Shown in pieces: positions 26,529-34,937 of a stretch of 64,000 nucleotides of DNA. Numbering within the stretch: position 1 is the first letter of the stretch; every line of letters begins with the position of its first letter. The DNA lies in IMG/VR virus record IMGVR_UViG_3300042876_000313, positions 1 through 64,000 of that record; one strand, written 5' to 3'. This stretch comes from a virus. The position numbers and the translations under genes were made by a program. The notes below the pieces were generated by a model. That model was given only the letters and a program-made list of their open reading frames with translations. It had not been told where the DNA came from and did not search any database.

Positions 26529-26807
26529 TTAGTTTTCCAACTTCACCAGTTTATAACCGGATGCAGCGGCTTCTTTTTCGAGCTTTTCCAGCGGGTCATT
26601 CGCCATGTAATTTTTGATCGCCTCGCTGATGGCTGAATCCAAATCACGATTCGCCGAACTTCCACGATGACGCGCCATCACGTTTCCAATGTGACAGTGA
26701 TACCAAACACCGTCACTTTGAACGTCAAGTTTAACAGCGCACTCGACTCCAAACTTAGCTTGAAGTGCGCTCGCCTTTTCAGTCAGTATCTTGATTGCAT
26801 TTTCCAT
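26529..26807 (-). CDS. Hypothetical protein
   Basis: Fills the gap between ATPase and exonuclease. Confidence 0.55.
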   Translation of the reverse strand: MENAIKILTEKASALQAKFGVECAVKLDVQSDGVWYHCHIGNVMARHRGSSANRDLDSAISEAIKNYMANDPLEKLEKEAAASGYKLVKLEN

Positions 26808-26811
26808 AATT

Positions 26812-27798
26812 CTACGCTTTCGGCAGCAGTGGTGCCGCCTTGATGATGAGTTCTTCGATTTCCGGTTCCGTCAATTCTTCCATCGGCTTGGTGAACAGGT
26901 TGACGAATTTCAACCATTCCACCAGCGCGTCCTTCTTGCCTTCATGGACGATTTCCGTCAACTCCCACAGGCGTTTCTTCGCTGCGGCGATGGTGTTCTT
27001 GGGGGCCGGGGTAGCCACCGGACTTCCCGGAAGCCAACCCGGTTGCAGGCACCATTGCCGCAGAAGCTCGCCGTGCTTGATACTGATTCGCTCACCGCCA
27101 GCCGCCAGCAGTTTCGGGATGCTGTGATGGGTTTTCTTGCAGAACTTCGACGACAGGCTGAAATATCCACCGTCACCTTCGCGGGCCTCGATCTCCGCAG
27201 CGAACAGCATCTCAAAAATCAGTTCGTTGTCCTGAATGGCCGATGCCGCATCGTCAACGCCGACAACCGTTTTCCCGCCTTCTTTTCCCATGTGGAACTT
27301 TTCCTTGGCACGAAGGCACAGGATGATTGGCATTGGCGACCGGATGATTTCGTTGATGAACATCATGTGGGTCTTGGGCTTGACGCGGGCGGCAGCGGCC
27401 CCGGCGCACATATCGCGCTTGCGCCAATCGTCACCGCACATGCGTTGAAGCTCCTGCTCCTTCAAATCCAGGTAGCCACCTTCTCCGCCCCATTCGTGCG
27501 TGGCCGAATCAATCACCAACGCTCTCACGCCTTCTTCGTGGGCTGCCCTGATTTTCTTGACGTACTCAATCGGGTGGAACGGCGGATCGAAGTCGTGAAC
27601 CATGTAGCCGCCGGGGATGTCGTTCTTGTAAATGCTGCCACGGCGGTTCTCGGTGTCAATTAAACCGATCTTACCATCCGGCCCCGCGATGCCACGGGCC
27701 AGCAAAAGGGCTGAGTAGGTTTTACCACTGCCGGACTTTCCGAAGAATCCGACCACCGGCTTGAACGGTTCCGATGTTGGTTGGCTAAATATGCTCAT
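26812..27798 (-). CDS. Sak4-like AAA ATPase / single-strand annealing protein
   Basis: GKSGSGKTYSAL, LIDTE, LVIDSATHEW and IILCLRAK. Confidence 0.85.
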   Translation of the reverse strand: MSIFSQPTSEPFKPVVGFFGKSGSGKTYSALLLARGIAGPDGKIGLIDTENRRGSIYKNDIPGGYMVHDFDPPFHPIEYVKKIRAAHEEGVRALVIDSATHEWGGEGGYLDLKEQELQRMCGDDWRKRDMCAGAAAARVKPKTHMMFINEIIRSPMPIILCLRAKEKFHMGKEGGKTVVGVDDAASAIQDNELIFEMLFAAEIEAREGDGGYFSLSSKFCKKTHHSIPKLLAAGGERISIKHGELLRQWCLQPGWLPGSPVATPAPKNTIAAAKKRLWELTEIVHEGKKDALVEWLKFVNLFTKPMEELTEPEIEELIIKAAPLLPKA

Positions 27799-27816
27799 TT
27801 GAATGTTTCGTCGTTA

Positions 27817-27852
27817 CGTATTACAAATATTACAAGTGTTACGCGATTGCAA
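27817..27852 (-). promoter_or_regulatory. Promoter TTGCAA-N17-TATTTG overlapped by GTATTACAAATATTACA operator-like site
   Basis: Read directly; motif shared with sites at 7351, 30413 and 53787. Confidence 0.55.
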
Positions 27853-28073
27853 GAACTATTTTCAACTATTTTGTTTGGGGATTCCATCGTTCCAGCACGG
27901 GCAGTTTTGGCCGTCGTACTGCCAGATTCCAGAGCGCGAAACAACAATACGGTCGCACTCAGGAACAACCATAACCCCGTTAATGTACGTGCAATCTCCT
28001 GAAATCGTGGTCTTGATATTTCCCTTGCGAGTTAATTGCCATTTCGCGTGGCAACAAGTTTTGCAGCATTTAT

Positions 28074-28511
28074 TCATAGCAGTTTCCTCATCTCGCGCAC
28101 CAGCCGGCCAATGCGGCGTTCGGCTGATTTACCTCCCGCGTCATCGTGCTTCGATTTGATCGTCAGGGGATCGCCGCCGTCAACCGATTTGCCTTCCTCG
28201 ACGGCCTTCTGGTCAACTAGCAGCGGGACGAGTTCGCCAGCGAGTTCGGCCATTTTGTTGTGGGTTTGAAGGAGCGGCCAATGGGTTATCAAAACGAGTT
28301 TCATCTTGGCCGGGGCCGGGATGACCACGCAGCCGTCCCACTCAAAGTACGGAGGAATGGTTTCCCATTTCTGCCCCATCAGGTTCATGGCCTGAGCGAA
28401 CATCTCATCGTAAGCCTCCTGCTGAATCAGGCAGATGTTGGGTTGCTTGCCGTCCAGGTGCATTTTAATATTCACCAAGGCGAGTCGGAATTGTTCGAGC
28501 ATCAAGTTCAT
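28074..28511 (-). CDS. Hypothetical protein
   Basis: Operon packing with 4-nt overlaps. Confidence 0.55.
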   Translation of the reverse strand: MNLMLEQFRLALVNIKMHLDGKQPNICLIQQEAYDEMFAQAMNLMGQKWETIPPYFEWDGCVVIPAPAKMKLVLITHWPLLQTHNKMAELAGELVPLLVDQKAVEEGKSVDGGDPLTIKSKHDDAGGKSAERRIGRLVREMRKLL

Positions 28512-29177
28512 AAATTAAAATCCTCGGTCAGCTTTACGTTGTTCTTTGGCTGCTTTTTCTTCGGCATACCGCCGGTTTCTCGAAGCGGTCTTTGAGTCGC
28601 ACGGGGAATGACCAGCGCATCCATGCTCCACCGTCCAGATGCCCATAATCGCAGCGGCTTTCTGGTTTGGAACTTCGCCCTTCCATTGCGCCCCACAAGT
28701 GCAGTTCAAGTCGAGTTTCATAGTCTCCATTTCCTACCGCTGTAATGGACGTGCTTCACCGTGGCGATGGCGCGGTTTGCACCTTCCAACATCCATTGTC
28801 GTTTTGCTTGAACATCTGGGCCGACAGATTCCAGACATTCAGCCATCATGTCCGCTTGAAGATTAGCCAACTGGCCCAATACGAATTTCCGGTAATAAGC
28901 CAGCCGCTTGGTCTTGTGCTTGAGCGCGGGCGGGATCGGGATGGTTTTCAGGTTTGGGTTCATAGTTTCAATTTGTAACACCCCGACTTGCAGGCCGCAA
29001 TCCAGCGGGCGCGTTCGGCGGGGTTTTTGAAGGTGGTCGTTTCAATCGCCTTGCCATCGTCCCATTGGGTGATGTGCTGCTCGGTGATGTGAAATTCCCG
29101 GTGAACGTCAACACCCGGCCCGCCGTGGTCGCGGATGACTTTCTGGAAAACCAGACGGGCGGGTGTGACTTCGATGC

Positions 29178-29636
29178 TCATATTTCTCCAATGGTTATCG
29201 TGCATCCGGCAGCACCGCACGCGCAACCTGTCCCGCAGGAAAGCGGAATCGCTTTGACGTAACTTTTACTGACCCGCAGCACGGCCACCTGAGAATCGTC
29301 CTTCCAGATTCCCAGATTCGTGAGCGCGTCCATGATCGCCTTGGCGAGGTTGTCAGCGTCAGGCCGGCCAACGTGATGGTTCGGTGCCGTAGCCTTCAAT
29401 CCCTTTCGGTTGAAATGGTCTTTCGGCCTTGGCATGGAGAATTGGAGTGTCAGCGACACCGGGCCTTCCCACGGCTGACCGTCCCATCGCGCCTTCACTT
29501 CCTGCCGCACGATGCCCTTCCATTCCTCGGCGGTGCCAGGGTCATAGACGCCCGCATGGTTTCCCCGCGAGAAAGCCTTGGGGCGCGGTTGCCCTTTCGG
29601 CTTTCCAGCGACGAACACTTCGAGGGTCGGTTTCAC
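29178..29636 (-). CDS. rusA: RusA-family Holliday junction resolvase
   Basis: GKPKGQPRP, RPDADNLAKAIMDAL and WKDDSQV. Confidence 0.9.
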   Translation of the reverse strand: MKPTLEVFVAGKPKGQPRPKAFSRGNHAGVYDPGTAEEWKGIVRQEVKARWDGQPWEGPVSLTLQFSMPRPKDHFNRKGLKATAPNHHVGRPDADNLAKAIMDALTNLGIWKDDSQVAVLRVSKSYVKAIPLSCGTGCACGAAGCTITIGEI

Positions 29637-29920
29637 GCCCCCGCCTCCGGTTCCAGCGGGAGTTTGATTTGGTCGGGGTCATCCACCAACACCGAATCGT
29701 CAACCTCGTCGGTGAACTTTCGGGAGTACGCGAGGCTGGTGGTGGCATGAACGCGATCCTTGACGGCCTTCAACTTGACCGATAGCGAGACGTTCAGTTT
29801 TCCTTCGGGGTTCTCGTACAGTTCAGTGGTGATGGCGTCAGCGTTTTGCGCCAGCAAATCCTGAACTTCGCCCTGAATGAGCGTTCGGATTTTCTCCGAC
29901 ATGTCGAATTTATTACTCAT
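29633..29920 (-). CDS. Hypothetical protein
   Basis: Operon packing; DPDQIKLPL C-terminal motif. Confidence 0.6.
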   Translation of the reverse strand: MSNKFDMSEKIRTLIQGEVQDLLAQNADAITTELYENPEGKLNVSLSVKLKAVKDRVHATTSLAYSRKFTDEVDDSVLVDDPDQIKLPLEPEAGA

Positions 29921-30114
29921 GGTGTTGTGTTTTTGTTTTGGTTATCGTCCGGTGCAATGTCCGTTACGAAATTGATTAACATGCCCATGCGAGCGTGATA
30001 AACTTCCTCGTTCTCAGCGATTGAATACCCCGACTTGTTCTTCATCCAGTCCATTGCGAAACGGATCAGTTCATCGCGGGAGAAGTATTTTCTCAACGGT
30101 TCAGGCATAAAATC

Positions 30115-30228
30115 AAAAAGCCATCGCCACGAACGTAAGACGCGGCGGGGTGGGGGAGATTCCGCCGAACGTGGCGATGGCCAAATGTTGTTGGGTTGTC
30201 TGCATGGGACGGGTCTTACTCCGTCGTT
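30115..30228 (-). promoter_or_regulatory. CI/C4-like structured RNA element / attenuator
   Basis: Outer stem GCCATCGCCACG/CGTGGCGATGGC + TTTTT. Inner CGGCGG/CCGCCG stem with CTCC in the loop. Bulge GTCTTAC. Upstream GGAGTAAGAC (30222-30213) is complementary to loop plus bulge. Confidence 0.55.
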
Positions 30229-30239
30229 CGACCGGCGTG

Positions 30240-30407
30240 TTATTTGGACGGCTTGAAAAGTTTACGAAACCGGCGCAGCCCCTCGTTGATCGTCCACGTC
30301 TTGGGGTGGCCTCGATGAACCATCACCTCCAGAAAGTCCCGGTTCTCCGGGGTCGGCCTGAACGTCATTCCCGGCCTGTTTTCCGAATTGCTCTGTGTTT
30401 TTTTCAT
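30240..30407 (-). CDS. Putative ribbon-helix-helix (Arc/CopG-like) regulator, 55 aa (not in ORF track)
   Basis: MKKTQSNSENRPGMTFRPTPENRDFLEVMVHRGHPKTWTINEGLRRFRKLFKPSK: alternating strand then two helices. Own promoter and operator at 30413-30449. Confidence 0.6.
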   Translation of the reverse strand: MKKTQSNSENRPGMTFRPTPENRDFLEVMVHRGHPKTWTINEGLRRFRKLFKPSK

Positions 30408-31200
30408 TCGTTTGTATTACAAGTAATTCACGATTGGCCATCTTGTCAACATTTTTTATGGAATTTTCTTTGAGCCTTTTCAACTCGTTGTAAACCTCAA
30501 CCTGTTTCACGTCATCCCAAAGGTGGAAGTAATACTGCGGCTTGGCGTTTTTCGAGCGGTAAATATTGCGGGCGGCCAGCACGGCTGGCATTTGTTCGAT
30601 GCGCGTCCGGGCGGCCCGGACAGCGGACAATTTGATGTTCCACCGCTTGGACAACTCGACCGCGCTCTTGCGCCAGTCCATGTCGTACCACCGGCTCCCG
30701 GCCACGTACACGTCCGAGACGTTATGCTTGGCCGTCCGGTAGCGCAGTTTTTCGCACGCCTTGGCGACCTGGCCGGGGGACACATGGCAGGCAACGGCGA
30801 TCTCGTCAATCGAGTACGCCCGGTTCTTATTTTTGATTAGCCGGATGTAATCATCCAGCACCTTCAACTTCTCGGTGGCCGACATTTCGCTGAGTTTGGG
30901 AATCTTGGTCAGGGACTTGCCCCACATGAAGATCGCCTCGACCGACGTGAACGCGGACAGCAGTTTGTCCGGGCATGTGTCCAGCATATACATGAACCAG
31001 ATTACCCGCTTCACCAGCTTGTCGCACTCCCGCTTGCCTGCCGCCACCAGCGGCCAGTGGCCGGCGGAAACTCCAGTCAACAACCGGAACTGTTGCTGGG
31101 TGAATCGGTCGGACAGGTGGGAAACCATCGCCGCGAATTCCTCCATGCTCGGCTCAAACGATGTGTCCAAGAGTTCAGAGTCAGAATTGCTGTTTGCCAT
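30262..31200 (-). CDS. Multi-HTH hypothetical regulator
   Basis: SIDEIAVACHVSPGQVAKAC and SAVELSKRWNIKLSAVR are HTH-like segments. Confidence 0.6.
   Translation of the reverse strand: MANSNSDSELLDTSFEPSMEEFAAMVSHLSDRFTQQQFRLLTGVSAGHWPLVAAGKRECDKLVKRVIWFMYMLDTCPDKLLSAFTSVEAIFMWGKSLTKIPKLSEMSATEKLKVLDDYIRLIKNKNRAYSIDEIAVACHVSPGQVAKACEKLRYRTAKHNVSDVYVAGSRWYDMDWRKSAVELSKRWNIKLSAVRAARTRIEQMPAVLAARNIYRSKNAKPQYYFHLWDDVKQVEVYNELKRLKENSIKNVDKMANRELLVIQTNEKNTEQFGKQAGNDVQADPGEPGLSGGDGSSRPPQDVDDQRGAAPVS
30413..30449 (-). promoter_or_regulatory. TTGACA promoter with TGTATTACA palindrome just upstream of the RHH gene
   Basis: -35 at 30449-30444; palindrome at 30413-30421. Confidence 0.6.
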
Positions 31201-31205
31201 AAATC

Positions 31206-31649
31206 ATGTTGACTTTATCGGTAACGTCCACGACATTCGGTTGGTTGTCAATGAAAACCGTGATTCAGTTCATAGCCGCTGTGATCGTGGGCACGGCCTA
31301 CGAGTGCTTCAAATTCGTCCAATTCAAGGCGTCTGGACTCTGGCTATCGGCCACCGGGAAGATTCCCCGTGTGTCCAAGGAATTGGCCAATGCTCGCCTC
31401 GCCGTGTGCCGCCAGTGCCCGATCTTCTATTCGCCCACCCAAACCTGCGGAAGCCCGTTCAATCGCAAAGCGCGGGCGCGGGGACGCCCCGCCGGGTGCC
31501 TGTGCTTCATGCCATTCAAGGTGAAGTTTGAGTGTAATTGCTGGCTGTGGGAGGAACTTCAATGCAACATGTTGACTCCCGAACAGAAGCAGGACTGGTT
31601 GTTTTCAGGATGGAAAGGCAGTTTGAACACCGACTATGCCGAAGGATAA
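31206..31649 (+). CDS. Cys-rich hypothetical phage protein
   Basis: RLAVCRQCP...TCG...GCLCFM...CNCW. Confidence 0.6.
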   Translation: MLTLSVTSTTFGWLSMKTVIQFIAAVIVGTAYECFKFVQFKASGLWLSATGKIPRVSKELANARLAVCRQCPIFYSPTQTCGSPFNRKARARGRPAGCLCFMPFKVKFECNCWLWEELQCNMLTPEQKQDWLFSGWKGSLNTDYAEG

Positions 31650-32166
31650 TGGAAAAGACCTGGCCGCCGACGCGCTGGTAAAGGCCGGCGAAGTCGAGAT
31701 CATGGCCCCGGAGATTCTCAAGCAGGCCCAGCTTGGGCTTGACCCGAATAAGTATTTCGCCCGCGAACAGGTTGGCAAAGCCCTGCTCGGTCATACCCTG
31801 GGCCTCACCGTGGCGTCCAATCTGAAAATGCGGGAGAACCTTGAACGGGCATCCGACACGCTGGTTGCCGACATCGTTGACCGGCCAATCCCGGAGAACG
31901 AGGAACTGGCCTGCAAGGTGATGAGCCTCAAGATTCGGGCGGCGTCCGGGCTGGCGATCCTGTCTGCCAGGCACATCAGTCTGACGATGGAACTGACCAA
32001 TCTGGCGGAATTACAGGGGCGCGTTAATCTCAAGGGAGCCGCCAAATCACTTGCCCCGCAAACCTTTGTTGGCACGAATTTCGTGCAGATCAACGGCAAC
32101 CAACCAACCGTTGCATCGGAACCAAAACCAGTGGAAGATGATAGCGACAAAACGACGAATTTATGA
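31636..32166 (+). CDS. Hypothetical protein, possible terminase small subunit
   Basis: Helical protein with a C-terminal TNFVQIN strand at the start of the late region. Weak evidence. Confidence 0.35.
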   Translation: MPKDNGKDLAADALVKAGEVEIMAPEILKQAQLGLDPNKYFAREQVGKALLGHTLGLTVASNLKMRENLERASDTLVADIVDRPIPENEELACKVMSLKIRAASGLAILSARHISLTMELTNLAELQGRVNLKGAAKSLAPQTFVGTNFVQINGNQPTVASEPKPVEDDSDKTTNL

Positions 32167-32726
32167 ATACCATAACGTTCCCGATCCCAGTGGCACCGGC
32201 CCCGCCGGAAACGCCTGACCACGGCAAGATCATTCGCGCCGAACTGACTTTCCCGGCGGTGCCCGTCCAGTACGCCGACAACGATGCCATCGGTAGCGGG
32301 TACATTGAATTCCCGCTTTGCCCGAAGATTGACGGTGGCGCCGGGCTGATTGTCCACCTGGACATGATTACCGAAGTGGTCGCCGCCACGGCCTTGGAAG
32401 CGGAGCTTTGGATTTTCAACGCCCCGCCGACATCCCAGTTCGACAACGTGGGATTTATTAAGTCGGACGCGGATTTGGATCATCTGGTGGCAGTTCTGGC
32501 ACTGGGCGATTCCAAGTTTGAATCCGCCGAGGAAGGGGGATACGCCGGGTATCCGTTCTACGGCGTCTATGCCACGGTCACGGCGTCGTCCTGCTGCGGC
32601 ATCAGTCGGGCGTTCCGGTGCATGTCCGGGTCGAAGTCCCTTTACGGCGTTCTGGTTGCGCGTTCGCTTTACACGCCGGCAGCGAACGAGAAGCTGAAAC
32701 TGAACCTGCATATCGTGCAGGGGTAA
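32163..32726 (+). CDS. Hypothetical beta-sandwich virion protein
   Basis: LELWIFN..P...DN...SLYGVLVAR..YTP pattern. Confidence 0.55.
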   Translation: MNTITFPIPVAPAPPETPDHGKIIRAELTFPAVPVQYADNDAIGSGYIEFPLCPKIDGGAGLIVHLDMITEVVAATALEAELWIFNAPPTSQFDNVGFIKSDADLDHLVAVLALGDSKFESAEEGGYAGYPFYGVYATVTASSCCGISRAFRCMSGSKSLYGVLVARSLYTPAANEKLKLNLHIVQG

Positions 32727-32892
32727 TGGTATGACTGGAATCCCGCTCATCCGAATTGCGGCCATGCTTCCGAAAGGAATCATTATCCCGCCGATGCCGC
32801 CGCCTCCGCAGGGAGATGAAGGCGTCACGAACGAGGAAGGTGAGGTGGTGGTTAATGAATTTGGTGATGCGCCAATCGGTGGAGACTAAAAA

Positions 32893-34506
32893 ATGATGAA
32901 AAAACATCTGTTGTTTTTGATGGTTTTTATCGCCGTCACGCTGATGACGACGTGCGCCACTGCGGCCACGAACGTCTGGCTTGGAGATCAAATCAAGACG
33001 AACTCGATATACCCGACGAACTACGTCCAGTTGATGGTGCAGAGGCCGGGAACATCGGGAGCCGGGTCGAACGGTCTTTGGCGTTTGATTCGCGGCGACC
33101 AACTGATTTACAGCCTGATTAATTCCACGCAATTTGTCACGAACAGCGACGGAAAACTGGTCATTAAAGATGGTGCGTTCACGACCAACCAGACCTTGTT
33201 CAACCCGTACCTTAACTACGACGGAGGTGGGGTCGGGTACATCGTCCAGGAACCTCGCAACGAAGGCATCTGGTGGTATCAAGACGTAAACGATTTCTTC
33301 AAGATTGACGCCACCAACATTCAGGCGTACATACCAATTCGAGGTATTGATCCTGTTGCGACTAACGATCTGGTGACGAAAAACTATGCTGACGCCATTA
33401 CTGGAAGCACAAACCAGCCACACATTACCGTTACCAATGGGATAAACTTTCTCACAAACGCTCCACTTAAGCTGTATGGCACAGGCTACGAAAGTGGAAC
33501 CGATTATAGCTATGGTCGTTTTTCAATGACTTCAACTGGACTCAATATTTGCACTCTCAGAGCCGGTTCTTCCACGACCAATAATCAGGTGATTTATTTC
33601 TGCACAGATGGAACGAATCGTTGGGGTATTAATCAAATTGGAAATTTTATTCCATTAGGAGCAGACGGTGCATATAACATAGGAAGTCTTACGTCTCCGA
33701 GAATTGGTGCTGTTTATGGAAATATTATACAGTCTGTAAACAATATGGTTAGTGGAGCGGCGATAACTGCAACAACGCACTTTGAATCTCAAGGAAGGAT
33801 TCAGTTGTCTGGTGGAGGGACGCAATACGGATTACTTCAACTAAACGCGGCAAATAACGGTGGGGCATTCATGCAAACCACAAACGCATGGGGTATCTCG
33901 TTTGGCACTTTCAACGCGGCGCACCCGTTCATCATGTCATCAAATCGCAATCTTGCTTTCACTCACGGAGGCGACCCGTCTGGAGCATCGGCAACAGTAG
34001 TGATTGATTCGATTAACAACACGAATATGTTTCGCGGCTCCACCACCATCACCAACCTCACAAACTCAGGCCCAGTGGCGTGGACTTATGGCGGCCGTTG
34101 CACTATGATTATCAGCAATTCAACCGTGCAGTTTGACACGACGGTAACACCTATCGCACTCAGCAACTACACGCGCACGACGGTTTCTCGAAACATCGGA
34201 GCAGATTTGACAGCGGGAACCTTGCAACTCACAAATGCTGGGACGTACATGGTTTATTTCAATCTCTCTTTTGAGACGACCACACAGCCAGCGGACGCGG
34301 TTGCGGAAGTGTACTTGGACAGCACAGCTACTGGCTTGCGCTTCAAACGCGACATGACCGCGAACAGCGCATCTGGTAGCGCGACCATCAGCGGATTGAT
34401 TACCGCAACCGCTGGCCAGTTGTTGTCGGTTAAAATGTCCACAACCTCGACAGAAACTATGATTGTCCGTTGCGCTCAGTTAACAGCTAAACAAGAACCT
34501 GATTAA
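32893..34506 (+). CDS. Tail fibre-like protein with signal peptide and C-terminal TNF/C1q(BclA)-like domain
   Basis: LVTKNYAD fibre motif; NAGTYMVYFNLSF C-terminal jelly roll; Thr/Asn-rich. Confidence 0.65.
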   Translation: MMKKHLLFLMVFIAVTLMTTCATAATNVWLGDQIKTNSIYPTNYVQLMVQRPGTSGAGSNGLWRLIRGDQLIYSLINSTQFVTNSDGKLVIKDGAFTTNQTLFNPYLNYDGGGVGYIVQEPRNEGIWWYQDVNDFFKIDATNIQAYIPIRGIDPVATNDLVTKNYADAITGSTNQPHITVTNGINFLTNAPLKLYGTGYESGTDYSYGRFSMTSTGLNICTLRAGSSTTNNQVIYFCTDGTNRWGINQIGNFIPLGADGAYNIGSLTSPRIGAVYGNIIQSVNNMVSGAAITATTHFESQGRIQLSGGGTQYGLLQLNAANNGGAFMQTTNAWGISFGTFNAAHPFIMSSNRNLAFTHGGDPSGASATVVIDSINNTNMFRGSTTITNLTNSGPVAWTYGGRCTMIISNSTVQFDTTVTPIALSNYTRTTVSRNIGADLTAGTLQLTNAGTYMVYFNLSFETTTQPADAVAEVYLDSTATGLRFKRDMTANSASGSATISGLITATAGQLLSVKMSTTSTETMIVRCAQLTAKQEPD

Positions 34507-34511
34507 AGAAT

Positions 34512-34922
34512 ATGAAAAAAACTCTGTTATTTTTACTGGCGAGTGTTTGTGTCTTAACCGCGCAGACGCCGAACACAAATGACATCAAGGCAACTTGGAA
34601 TGTGCCTTGCCAGTATTCCACCAACCAATGGACGGCTTTGGTTTGGCAATATCGGAATTTGACGAATTCAATTCCTTTGGTTACGAATGTTGTGCAGGGA
34701 GTTTCAACCAACGTCACCACATCAACACCAGTCCCGTCAATAACTGACTGGCATATTGCAAACGTGCGCCGGATGTCAGGTCAAATGGCTGACTCATACG
34801 TTGAACAGCGCAAGGCCGCTGAGACTTCGGTTTCAGGTTGGATTTCACTTCGGGACGCTTGGGCCGACCTTACGCCGGCCCAACGCACGGCGGTTCTTAA
34901 CGCGGCGGGATTGAATCCTTAA
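34512..34922 (+). CDS. Signal-peptide-bearing hypothetical protein (fibre chaperone?)
   Basis: MKKTLLFLLASVCVLTA-Q; lies between two fibre genes. Confidence 0.55.
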   Translation: MKKTLLFLLASVCVLTAQTPNTNDIKATWNVPCQYSTNQWTALVWQYRNLTNSIPLVTNVVQGVSTNVTTSTPVPSITDWHIANVRRMSGQMADSYVEQRKAAETSVSGWISLRDAWADLTPAQRTAVLNAAGLNP

Positions 34923-34937
34923 CCAAAAACCGGGAAA

